NCBI GenBank assembly: GCA_976226885.1
Contig: OZ320315.1
Span: 106,082,001 to 106,146,000 of the forward strand
Direction: 5' to 3'
Source: Iphione sp. A-MEVVRFRX5
Lineage: Eukaryota
Length of the DNA: 64,000 nucleotides
Of this stretch, positions 50,345 through 62,699 are shown in pieces (within the stretch, counting starts at the first letter, position 1; every line of letters starts with the position of its first letter). The notes beneath the pieces are model-generated. The model made no database searches. It was not told the DNA's origin and was given only the letters and a program-made list of their open reading frames with translations. A program made the translations under genes and the position numbers.

Positions 50345-53300
50345 GTAAATATATACATACTTTTATTTTCTTTCCTTTTAGATATATAAGTAGTCTATGT
50401 ATTACATTGCATTGAAGAGCAATTCTAATTTCAGTTTATATATACCCACTTTCGAATATAATGTATATAATTGTGTAAATTGTGTAACATATCAGATCTT
50501 AACCACAGGTATGAGACTCCTACATCACACATCATTAATGTCAGCATCAGCGGGAGCTTCTAGTATATTATATAGTGCATCCAGATAACATCTGGTGCTA
50601 CTGTTCTATGTTAATTATTCACTTAGTATTGCAATGCCTATGGAACTTATACATACTCTCTAGGAAGTGTAAGTATCTCTGATAATATTCCATATATTTA
50701 CCTTTTTCCTCTTTTTCCGTAGCACATTTCTAAATTGATCATATAACATTGTCAAGTTCATTCCATATTATAATACTCTTATACAATGGGCTATACTTAA
50801 ACTTCTCCCTTTTTGGACGTATATTTCTCAGTTTACATTTTGACTGACTCCTAGTATTTATATTTTGCTGTGGATCATCCATATAGGTGGTTGTTCCTAG
50901 ATCCAGTTGCAGTCGTACTAAGCGTAGTAGTGTACAATCACAATTTTTATCAAACTCTCTATATATCAGTTCCCGCGTAATCAGTCTGTTGTCATTAAGT
51001 AACACTAGATAAAGTTTTCACCTTAAGGTCATTAATTTTATGTAATACCTATTCCTCTCAGTTAGCAGTACATAGCTACCACAGTCAATTATGGGTAAAA
51101 TCATTGTTTGCATTAAATTTGTTGCACATTTTAGATCCATTTGTTTCCTGATAACGTGAAAATATCTTAGTTTTTGTGTACCCTTGTATAATAGCTGTTT
51201 GATATGAGGCTCCCAAGTAAGACATTGATCTATCATTACACCTAGATATTTCATGCATGTTACCTGTTTAATTGCCGTTCCCTGCAGTTTAAGATTTAAT
51301 TGATATTTCAGTTTGTGACAGGCAATCTGCATGCACGTAGTTTTGGAGGCATTAATTAATATCTGACTTCAATTGGCCCATTCTTCTAGAATGACTAGTT
51401 CTGTTTGCATTATCTTCTCTGCCTCGGCAGTTGACTGTCCCACGGCTACTAAAACCACGTCATCAGCATACATAAAACATCTACATTTATTAAACACACT
51501 AGGTAAGCTATTGATGAATATTAAAAACATTGTAGGGCCCAATACAGAGCCTTGCAGGACCCCACGTTTAACATATTCATATTCAGAATAGTCACATTCC
51601 ATTCTCACCCTCTGCTTCCTATTGCTCAGGTAGCTGGTAAACCAGTCTAACATTGTTTCAAAGCCCATCATCTCCAATCTATTCAACAAAATTGTGTGTG
51701 AGACAGAGTCAAATGCCTTAGAGAAATAGATGAAAGTGGTTATTACCTTTATTTCTGAGTTTGACATTACATGTATATAGTTGACTAATTCTGTTGTTCC
51801 TAAGTCTGTTCCACATCTTTTCCTAAATCCATATTGCTCTTCAGCAAACAGTTGGTTAGTTTCTAGGTAATTGTGCATTCTGTCATTTATAAGTGATTCT
51901 ACCACTTTCGCGATCGCTGATATAGTACTGATTGGTCGGTAGTTTAGGCAATTGTTTTTGCTACCTCCTTTATGAATTAGGACTACATCTGCTCTTTTCC
52001 AATCATCAGGGACACATGAAGTATTGAATGTTGAGTTTATTATATGTTTCAGTTTGAAAATGTTTCTCTGAAAAATCTCCTTAAGCACCCATCCAGGAAG
52101 ATCGTCAATTTCACTAGCTTTGTTTTCAGGTATTTTTCTGACCTTTTTTACTATCTCATCTAACTTAACTTCCGCCCAACGAAAATGTTTACCACAGTGT
52201 GTGGTTTTAAATTCAGTATTCCCATCTAGTTGTTTAGCAATTTTTTGTCCAACATCTATAAATGCCCGATTCATAATTGTAGCCACCTCACAAGCACTCA
52301 GGAGAGTGCCATCTCTCTTTTGCATTACTATACCAGTACGTGGTTTATTTAAACCCAGTTCACGTTTTAATGTGGCCCAGAATTTATGTGGCTGATTTTT
52401 ATGAATATTACAATGTTATATAAGATAATCCCTTTTAGCATTTATAGCTTTCTGTCTCACTTCATATTTTAGCCTCCTTAATTCTAATTTAAGAGTCAGA
52501 GTCACATGCCTTTTATATTTAGCATTTATCTTATTACATTGTCTAATTCTATCGTCTATGCTGCTCTCATGCCATGGGATGATGTGTTTCTTGTGACTAC
52601 ATGTAACCATAGGTATTACATTATCTATCCATTGTAGAATTTTATTAATGAAACGGTCCCAACTCAGCCTCACATTATTGCAATATATATAATCACGATC
52701 AGCATTATTCAGTATTTCTTCCAGTACCACAACATCTATATCCTTATACCTCCTATATTTGTATGGTACTGATTGTTCAGAAATATTGCGTATAAGTGTT
52801 GTGGTATTCAAATTATGATCACTAAGAGCAATATTCTCTACAATTACCTTAAAGTCCTACAGTCTACTTCTGATCATCATCACATTTATCAGTGTACTGG
52901 TTGTATTGGTTACTCTAGTTGGGTCATTAACCTTTAAATTTAGTCAATATTCACCCATAAACAGCATCAGCGATTTGTAAACAACACTTTGCTTGTTTGC
53001 CATGTCTATATTTATATCTCCAGCAATTAATACTTCACCGTCAGTATGTATATCAAGTAGCACCATGTCATTATGTAATCCATCAATCATACCTTGAACA
53101 GGTTTATCAGGCAGGCCATAAATATTGCATATGTGTAAATATTCCCTATGTTGTATAACAGTTATCCATTGTCTCTCATTGTCATTAACCAAAGGTAATT
53201 TAGCAAAATGGTTTACTAATATTATTTCTTTCCTATAATATATTAATGAACCCCAACCTCTTTTTTCTAGTTGGTCAGATCTCTCAGCATTGTAACCATA

Positions 53301-53886
53301 GACTTCAAGATACCCATCTGGGTGATGGGGCTTTACAACATTTCTTGTATCAGGAAAATATCTGGTTTAACCCTTTAAGGATGGGTGATGCCCACAGACA
53401 CTCCCTGGCAAAAACCGGGTGATGCCCACAGGCATTATTTTGATTATCAGTGTATCTACAATTACCAAGGAAATACTACATGGATTTTGATGAAATTTGG
53501 ACATGATATAGACAAATAGTCATATTTTACTCTAGTTTATACAAAAATGATAAATTTTGAAGGAAACATGACATTTTCCTACAAAAACTGTCCTATTTCC
53601 CTGCATATTTATGCGGTAAAAATCCTTATAAATGTATATCCATGCTTGCATTTCCTTAGACAATTGACTAAATTCACTTTAGATTCCTTAAAAGACTCGT
53701 CCGTGCTTACAAAAATGACGCAATACTAGAGTGTCGCCCTCTGTAGGAACGTGTCAAAATTAACCCCGCCTCCTAAGTATAAGACGTACCATCGGGTGCC
53801 GCCTGGATAGGGTTAATGTTGATCATTATCCGTATTTCATCAACCTTACATACTATACTGTGTATGTTTATTGAGATTATTCTCAT
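50345..53886 (-). mobile_element. CR1/L2-type LINE ORF2 (APE + RT) with 3' UTR, interrupted by a piggyBac-type MITE
   Basis: ATG 53886 MRIISINIHSIVCKVDEIR...; IYGLP, IAGDIN, SDH; RT NYRPIS, QYGFR, FSKAFDSV, GVLQGSVLGP, MYADD. 3' end approximate. Confidence 0.88.
53371..53812. mobile_element. Non-autonomous piggyBac-type element (442 bp)
   Basis: TTAA|CCCT...AGGG|TTAA (TSDs 53367-53370 and 53813-53816); internal repeat GGGTGATGCCCACAG twice; removing it restores the LINE APE frame (IMINIKPDIFLIQE). Confidence 0.88.
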
Positions 53887-54099
53887 AGATTATCTAAACA
53901 GTCACTTTAGTTTGTCAGGTATATGATATTATAGTATTGTCAAACAATATTTATAATATAATCAATGGGTTTAAATCAGAAAGAGGATAAGATAATTAAC
54001 AAAAATCGAAGTAATATCTAGGATGGCTGTTTATCATCGGCGGGGCAGACCGATTGTTATTCAACTTAATACCCATAATTCACTTACATATTCAACCAA

Positions 54100-57060
54100 G
54101 GGTATATGAGTAAATATGTTTTACCTTTTGGTGGCAATATCATCCTTGTCAGTGTAAAATTTACTCACAGTCATGGCTGGTTGATCAGGCAAAGGGAATG
54201 CTTCAAGCCACTTTGTGAAGTAGTTGCCTACCATCAAATTATAACAATAACCTCGAGCTGTTTCGGGGTAGGGTCCAGCTATATCCATAGCCCATCTTCC
54301 ATTGGTTCACCCACTAAGTACTAGTGAAGGGATTCGGCAGGGGTTGCTGTTTTTAGCAGCTGAGTGCATAAGCACTTGGATAAGTATGCACATATATCCT
54401 CCGACATTCTTGGCCAATAATAAGACATGTCCACATATGCATTGGTACGATTTATTCCAAAATGAGCTCCAGCTGGTCCGGAATGAACTTCATACAATAC
54501 TGTTTTCCGATCTTCAATGGGCAGAATTTCCTGTAACCGTGTACTTTCATCTTCAAATTCATACCAAATTCGATATAGTACCCCATTCTTCACCTGCAAT
54601 TAGTTCCATTGCTTGCACAAGGTCTTCGAATCCTCTGGTGACCGACTGATCTGTGACCAGACAGGTCGTTCCCCCTCCTGCTCACATAATCAGAGGACTG
54701 GCCCGATGACTTCATCTTGCAGTTGTTTTCGGCATTTTTCTCGAAGATGACTGGACAGATCACTCGTAGCACCCACCTGACCTCTTGTTACTACTCGCAT
54801 GGACATCTTCTCTTCAGGCTCATCCCTGCATTGTTTGCAAGGCATCATGCGAGACAAAGCGTCAGCATTTCAATATTTTTCTCCAGATTGATGCTGATAT
54901 GTTAGATCATAGTTACTAAGAATTTCAATCCATCTAGCTCATAGTTACTGAGAATTTCAATCCATCTAGCTACCTGTCTATGGGGCTCGTTCAATCGATG
55001 GAACCAGCTAATGGCACTGTTGTCTGTTGGTACAATGACTTTCTGCCCATACAAGTAATAATGCATCTTCTTAACTGCTGAAACTACTGCCAATAGTTCT
55101 TTTCTAGTGATACAATATTTCATTTTGGAGTCAGATAAAGATCGGCTATAATACTGGATCACATGTTCCTTTCCATCCTGTTCTTGTGACAGCACTGCTC
55201 CGATGCCAGTATTGCTTGCATCAGTGTCTAAGTAGTATTGACCCTTCATCTGGGGATATCCTAGAAAAGGTCTGCTCACCAAAGCTTTCTTGAATTCTTC
55301 AAATGCCTTCTGTTGTTCCTCGTCCCAAACAAATGGCTGTCCCCTCTTTGTCAGTTTCCGGAGTGGTGCTGACTGTGTGGCAAAGTCAGGTACATATGTC
55401 CTAAAATAGGAGCACATTACTAAGAAAGTCCTGATCCCAGGGATATCTGTCAGAGGAATCCAATTTTCAATGGCTTGAATATTCTGAGGATTGGTTGATA
55501 TGCCTTCTTCAGTCAAAATATGTCCCAAAAAGTTGATGTGTTTCAAGAAGAAATTGCATTTCTTTGGCTTGAGTTTCAACCCAGCTTCGTGCAGGCATTG
55601 AATCACTCTCCAAAGCCTCATAATCGTTTCTTCGAATGTCTTCCCAAATATCAGAATATCATCTAAATAGACAAGACATTCTTCCCATGTCAATCCTCTC
55701 AACACTGCATCCTTAAGACTCTCAAACGTGGCTGGAGCATTAACCAACCCAAAAGGCATAACTACAAATTCAAACATGCCTAATGCTGTTTTCGGAATAT
55801 CCTCCTCTTCCATTTCCACTTGCCAGTATCCACTCACTAAATCTAATGAACAAAAATACTTAGCTCCTAAAACAGCGTTGAGTGAATCGTCAATTTGTGG
55901 TAATGGATAAGCGTCCTTACGAGTTATTTTGATCAAATTCCGATAATCCACACAAAACCTTGTAGATCCATCTTTCTTACTAACCATCACCACTGGACTA
56001 GCCCAGGGACTGACACTCTCGCGTATCACTCCTGCTTCTATCATCTCACGTACCAGCTTCTGTTCCGCCTGTCGCTTACCGAATGGTAGTTGGCATACCT
56101 GTTGTTAAATTGTTGGATATCCTTCCACATCAATTGGATGTTTGATGATACCTGTCTTTCCTATATCAGTTCCTCCAGTGGAAAAGGTATCCTTAAATTC
56201 AAACAAAACTTGCTGAACTACGTTCCACTGCTCTTCTGATAAGTCTTGTCTTGCCAACTGATATAAATCTTCTAAATGGGCCGGTAATTCCAGATCTTTT
56301 CTTAACTTAACTTCTCCTATCCTATTTTCCGTCTTAATAGTGATGTGGTGCACATTTTCATCCAGTGCTACCTCTTTTCGTGGATAATCAATGATGGCCT
56401 TTTTAATATGCAGAAAGTCAAAAATCACCGGAGTCTCATACCTATGTCCATTTGCCTCAAATGTAATCGTTCCTTCACCTACAGTTGGAACTGCCTGCCC
56501 CATGATGCTAGTTAGAGGCAACTGGGTTTGGCTAACACCACTAGGAGCAAATTCTTCTTTCGCTATAGTTACTTCAGCTCCTGTATCAATCAAACATTCA
56601 ATTCTCGGATTGTTGATCTTTGCAGGCAGATACAAACCCAATCCTGCCACCGTCCCTATTCGACAGCCAGAGCCGGTAGCACCTTCTCGTTTCCTGGAAG
56701 TTGTAATGGAGTTAGAGCTGACTCTGCATTTGGCTTCATTTTTGGGCAATGCGTTTTGAAATGGTCCTCTGAATTACAATCCCAGCATACGAATTTCCCT
56801 TTGGCATTCTTGCCATCCTTCATTTTCTTTTTGGTCTTCAGAGGAACGATCTTTTTGTCCTTTTTTATGCTATTTTCCTTAGTAGGCTTATCATTCTTCT
56901 GAGCTAGTTTTTCCTCATACTCTTTTTTATCATCTTAATCTGATCGGCAACTGCCTCCTCCGTCTGTGCTGCTCGGATTTTCTTCTGATTAGCATAACGT
57001 TCCTCGATTTCAACTACACAAATTGCCTCTTCCAAAGCCTTATATGCTGGTGTCAATCTC
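54100..57060 (-). mobile_element. Decayed Gypsy/Ty3 LTR retrotransposon internal region (gag end, PR, RT, RH, partial INT)
   Basis: CCHC knuckle CWDCNSEDHFKTHC (about 56745-56790); LIDTGA protease; SPWASPVV, FCVDYR, YLDD; DTDAS RNase H; HFGINRT integrase. 32-bp tandem duplication at 54907-54970 disrupts the frame. No LTRs found. Confidence 0.92.
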
Positions 57061-57261
57061 AAGAAATCCATAATTTTATCTACTTTTCTTGTTTTTTTTT
57101 CTATTCATTTAAACATATAAATCTTTGTCATGCATTACTTGTGAATATGAGTTAGAATGCTGGTGTTAAATATATCTTTAATGTTCTGCCAACCCCTTTT
57201 TCATTATTGTGTCAAGAAAGAATTATATCTGCATTTATTTATTTGGGAAAAAGAGCTGGCA

Positions 57262-58525
57262 AAACTGATGTCAAGTAACTTTCTACCAGTTTGGTTACTG
57301 TACATGAAACGCCTGCATTTTGATGCTGTTCCAGTAGGGACCCTATTGAAACAAGGCTAAATGCCTTTCAAATTTCAAAGCAGCCATGCAGCAGTACCTT
57401 GACTCCTTGATTCAATCTATCAAGGGACTGGCAGAGTAGGTCCATCACAGCTGTTTGCATGCTTTGACCAGCAAGGAAGCCAGGTTGGTTTCTACTTAAA
57501 ATGTGAGTGCTTTCCAGGTGTTTCTTTAATTCGCTCATGGACCAGCTTTCAAAATTCTTACAGATCCATGCAAGTGCAGAGGCAAGATGGAAACTAGCCT
57601 ATAATTACCAATGATATTTGGGTCACCCTCCCTGAAGAATTGAGGGTTGCTAGCCAATTTGACTCAAGACTCAAGAACTGTTGTTGGTAGGCCTGGAATC
57701 CCAGAAGACTTTGTTAGTTTCTGTTTTTCGAAGAACAGTCTCAGGACATTGAGGATGGGTATACTAGGTTTGAATACCTTAGCCTACGCTGATCTTTGGT
57801 TTCCCTGGGCAGTCACGTGTAGGCTTAGCAGCTAGTTTTGGTACTCCATCCACAAAGTAGTTATATTTTTATCTGATGAAGGCAGTAATTTGCCAAAATG
57901 TTAGGATTTCAGTAAAGCTGTCCTTAACCTAATCTCCTGTGTTGTGTTGGTGTGTTTCCCTTTATTAGATTGTTTTTATCTATTAACCCCACATTTTCTG
58001 TGGGTTGGTTGCATTTTTTTCTTGGTAGGTTAACCCTTAGGCTCCTTGCCAAGGCAGACTTTACTTTCAGCCTTTCCCATTTCTGAAAGTTTGCTTGTTC
58101 AGAACTTCCACTTGCCCCTGCACTTGGCTTTGCTGGTTTTAGAACCTGAGAATTCTGCATGAATCTTCACATTTTTCCCTTTTCCATTTGTGGTAGAACC
58201 ATTGGTGTTTGATAAGTTGCAATGTATCAGAATTTGGCTGAAAGCACTCTTTATCCTTGCTTGGCCTGAATGTTCTAGGTGGGACATATAAGCTGTAGCT
58301 CAGCTGTACCCTTATCCTTGAAACTATTTCACACCTCTTCATGCTACTTCTCCATGCCTATGCCATCCATCCTAAGCCTTTTGCTGCTGTTAAGAAAGTC
58401 AGGAGAGTGATGATCTGAACACTCCCAGTACTGCCTTGGAGAGAGAGGATGCACCACTGATTAGGGAGGAATGGTTTTTCTTTTTAGCATCTGGCAAGTG
58501 CAAACCAATGATGAAAAATGTCAGC
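57262..58525 (-). mobile_element. Decayed LINE (APE end to RT), same group as 40031-42720
   Basis: SDHH; PPRTFRPSKDKECFQPNSDTLQLI resembles PVRTVKSRKRDDGFRPSEGTLELI; GDPNIIGNYRLVSILP; LSRNQPGF. Confidence 0.75.
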
Positions 58526-58529
58526 AGTT

Positions 58530-59820
58530 AAGAGAAGGGCCACATGATTGCCAGGTATAACAGCTATGGTACTAGATGACTAGGTGTCTACAAGCACAAT
58601 TATATTCAGTCATCCCAAATGATATCCACAGTACAGCAGCGTGATAGAATGGTGCTTATAGGAATTGATGAGATGTATGATAAAATTCATGGGCTGTATT
58701 TTTGGAAAGATCTATACGGTTGGGGGTTGGAGAAACCCATTGTAGATAATCCACTGGATCAGGGACATGGACCTGAGCATGAAGGACCTGACCAAGCAGC
58801 AAAAGGTCTGGCACAAGAAGTGTTAAGAGTGTTGGTGGACCATGATGTAGTAAAATGTGTGATGGGTTCTAAAGCCTTGGCCTCCATCAACCCAAACTTG
58901 CTACCTAAGTGGAAGAGGAAGGGAGAATGGTTCAGTAATATCACACAAGGGCTGTAAGAAAGAAAAAACTTTCCTCAGGTGAAGAGGTATGACCACCCAT
59001 GAAAAAACATGCAGGCTGTGAGTGTATTATTGGTTCAGACCTTAAGATAGACATAGCTGAGGGAGTAATCTATAGTGGATCCATTGGCTGAACAAGTGAG
59101 GCATATTGAAACAATGATACAACATGACAAAGATTGCCATTCAGACCAAGACATTTTATCTAAATTTCTTAATTGCATTGTCTTTCTTTGGAAGGAATTA
59201 AAAAGTGGGCTTTTTCTCATACTAAGACAGCTGCCAGCAGGACACCTTGCAATGGGGGAGCCGCTGGAAAATGTAATGTTCATTAAATGACTGAATGTGT
59301 GATCTGTGCTTTCATTACGGGAAACTTATCTGGATTCCAAGTATGATGGATGCCAGGAAATTGGGCATACACGGAGTGAATGTTTGATTGTGCATACAAA
59401 GGGGTGTGTTAGGTATGTCTATACAAACCATCCCAGTAATGCAGAATGTGGAGAACAATTCTCAATCCCCACAGGGTGCTGGTGACACAATTGTTGATGG
59501 AGCTGAAAATATGGTGGTGTGAAGAACTCCAGCAACATATTAGCAGAGGTATTATTTGTATTGAGAATATCACTATACTGGAAACTGTCAAAATGGCAGA
59601 ATAATAATCAAACAAAGTCAAAGCACTAAAAGGATATTTTTTTAACTGTACTCAATCATAACAAGCTTTGCCACTTGTAGTCACAATAACTGGCACTATA
59701 AATTTTCTGGCTGGCACCATCTTTGGGGTCTTGGAAAATGATATCCAAGTGATCAGGGAATGAGTGATGCAACTCCAGGAGCAGCAAATAGAGATGATGA
59801 GTTACATGATGACTATTATG
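58530..59820 (+). mobile_element. Second deleted copy of the Gypsy integrase/accessory fragment at 27100-28800
   Basis: Blocks 58530-58718, 58725-58957 and 59375-59820 align with 27105-27293, about 28130-28350 and about 28364-28810. Confidence 0.75.
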
Positions 59821-59834
59821 AATTGGTCAGCTAT

Positions 59835-61655
59835 CCCTAGAGGGATCGCGGGGTATTGTAAAGTGTATGATGAGCCCCTCTGATATTGACTGGATGAAGG
59901 TCTGTGTGAGTGCAGTCGTGCTGTTGTTGCTTTGTGGACCGGATGTGGTGCACTTGCCGAGGATATGCCGGACACACAGAAAACATTAGGAACGGACGAG
60001 GGGAGGTCCTAACAAAGTTATTAGAGAGAATGGAGGAGCTAGAGAACCAACCTGAGCAGAAGAAAGGCAAGAAACGACAGATACAAACGTCCGTCCTAAC
60101 AAGATCTGCAGTGGCTAAGATGGCTGACCAGCCATCCACCTCTACCACTGGCGTCAAGGGTACTTCCAGTCAAGGCAGCACACACGAGCTGCCACCACAT
60201 CCAACCACTCTCAAGGCAGAAGTTGCTTCCAAAATTAAAGAAGTTTTCATCTGATCTGTCTCATTCCACGGTTAACAATGGTATCCCCCGCAATGACTAT
60301 TATTCGATCCCACTCAAGGTTCACTCGCCATCACAACTGATTGTCGCTTCTCACATTTCAGTCTCATCTTCGCCACTTTTTCTTGCCTCACTAGATTTAA
60401 AAAGGGCATATAGGTACTTTCCAGTCAATCCACTATCCTGGCCATTACTCCCTTTTGAGTAAAGCAATCACTACTATCTGGATCTGTCTCTCCCATTTGG
60501 GACAAGGTATTCGTCACTGTTACTACAAGAACTTTAATTGGTACTGGTTCATCATATTTCCTCTCATTTCCCTAAGGTCCAAGCTTATGCCTATCTCGAT
60601 GACTACATCCTGATCTCAGCATCACAGGATGCCATATCAGAGGCAATGTCTTATTCAAAACTCCTAATTTCCAACCTAAGGCTGCAGCTGGCCCATGATA
60701 AATGTACTCCACCAAGCCACTCATTAACTTGGCTGGGGATGTCCTTCGATACTGTTAGCCGCACCATGTCCATTCCAAAAGAGAAGATTTCTGAATTGAT
60801 CACGTCCATCGAGGACATAATAGGCTTAGATACAATCCCACTAAAAACAGCCCAAAAGTATCATGGGACTGATCAACCACATAGTTAAATGTTCACCCCC
60901 AGCTAGATTCTTCATTTATTCCCTTCCTTTCACAGGTCAGAGTTGCTGAAGCTACTTCATCCTCTTCCATTTCATTGACAGACACAGTTAAGAAAGACCT
61001 ATATTGGTATCAGTCATTTCTTCATCATTTCAAAGGCATACACCTCGTCATCCCACCAGCCATTACAGAGAGACTCTTCTGCAATGCATGTCCCCAGGGT
61101 ATGGGAGGATATTCATCTAAGGCCTATTACATTCAGTCGACCCCACACCTATTGCAAATTTCTCGATTTCAGAGCTGGAGGCCTTTAACACTGCAGTAGC
61201 TTTCCACTTGTTCACAGGCCCACACAACGTAAATACAAGGATAGAGGTGATCTGCGATAACTTAGCCACAATATGGGTCCTATCTTATGGTAAGACACAT
61301 GACCTGATAATGTCAAAGGTGTTGAGGGTGGTCTGGTATAGAGCAGCCCACTACAATATCTCCTTGGTGTTTTCTCATCTCCCTGGAGAAAGTATGATAA
61401 TAGTAGATGCACTGTCTAGACTGACCACCTCCATCAAATATAGATCCATAGTCAAGAGGTTCCTGCATCAGCACCAGAATTTAGTCAGACACAATATTCC
61501 GGCCTCGTTAGTTACACATATATTGTCATTTTGAATAATTACAGACCCCCAGGTTCGGGATCAGAGCCAGGCAGCACAGCATTGCCAATTCCAGGCAATC
61601 ACACCTCGAACCGATAAAAGACAACTACAGCAGGCCACCCTACTGGTAACCAGAC
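59835..61655 (+). mobile_element. DIRS-order retrotransposon remnant related to 35347-39930, internally deleted and 3'-truncated
   Basis: Gag start MPDTQ at 59965; jump from gag (KEVF) to RT (DLSHS) near 60250; LDLKRAY, LPFG, YLDDY, CDN, DALSR; pol stop TGA 61532-61534; about 35 codons of YR N-terminus, then LINE ORF1 sequence. Confidence 0.88.
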
Positions 61656-62130
61656 TCTAATGAATTGAAGGTACGTAGCCGTAAGACTCCTAAGGCTCCT
61701 AAGAAACCTAAAGATCAGTCACAGATGAATAAATGTAACAGTAACTCAGATATTGCAATGGTAATAAAGGATCTCATTAACAGTGTCAATGAATAAAGAG
61801 CGGATGTCAAACAAATGAACTCCTCTCTCAAAGCCAATATCACTGAGACCAAAGGGCTGAAAAATGAAATTGACGCTCTGAAAAAGAGTCTCAATGATTC
61901 AAACATTCACATTAACCATTTAATGGCTGAGAACAATATGCTAAAATCCAGACTGGATAATTGTTATCAAAGGCATAATCATGGCCAAAGGTGAAACTTA
62001 TCTGCAAACAACTGCCAGTTACTTGAGTACAATCTTACCTGGCTATGCTGAAGATATGATTTCAGGGGTTTCTACAGTCAAAAGAACATGTCCAACAGAT
62101 GCACTGAATATTATTGTATTTTACAATATT
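61650..62130 (+). mobile_element. Fragment of the LINE ORF1-like sequence at 31770-32310
   Basis: Clear nucleotide alignment with one internal deletion near 61960. Confidence 0.8.
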
Positions 62131-62267
62131 GAAAGAACATTGGTATAGGTTGTGTTTAGTGGTACATTGTAAGCTATAGAGGTTCTGTCAGTATGGATGA
62201 GATATAATATCACACGAGTAGAGATGAGACATAATGTTTAAGTTGCAGGCACCTGAGATATGTTTGC

Positions 62268-62545
62268 CCCAGTGGTAAATTGATTATCCTCTGGCAGTAC
62301 TGAGCATGATCATAGCAGATTATGTTGCTCCAGTGGTAAACTAATGAACCTCTGGTGGCGCTAGGTGGTATGTTGGTGTATACATATTCATTGACTGGCT
62401 TTTACATTTACCCCAGTGGTAAATTAATGAGCCTCTGGTGGCTATGACTGATGTGTCAATGTATGAATATTCATTGACTGGCCTTTACATTTTGTTGTGT
62501 TGGTGTGTACATTTTCACGGTGGTAAATTAATTAACCTCTGGAAT
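62268..62545. repeat. Four dispersed copies of a 26-bp imperfect palindrome
   Basis: CCAGTGGTAAA(N7)CCTCTGG-like motif near 62270, 62330, 62413 and 62518. Confidence 0.8.
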
Positions 62546-62699
62546 GCTTGTTTCTTGTTTGAGCAGATATGCAGATGTTGAGCACCTACTACTTTGTGCC
62601 ATTGTAATTTGACTATATTACTTAAATATGATGGCTGGCCTTTACAAACTGTTTGGACCAGTACCATGATGTCTCAGATGTGGGGTGCAGACCATCATA

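Noticed and set aside
62268-62545. CRISPR-like appearance (palindromic repeats with spacers)
   Set aside because: Spacer lengths are irregular, spacers resemble each other, there are no cas genes and the context is eukaryotic.
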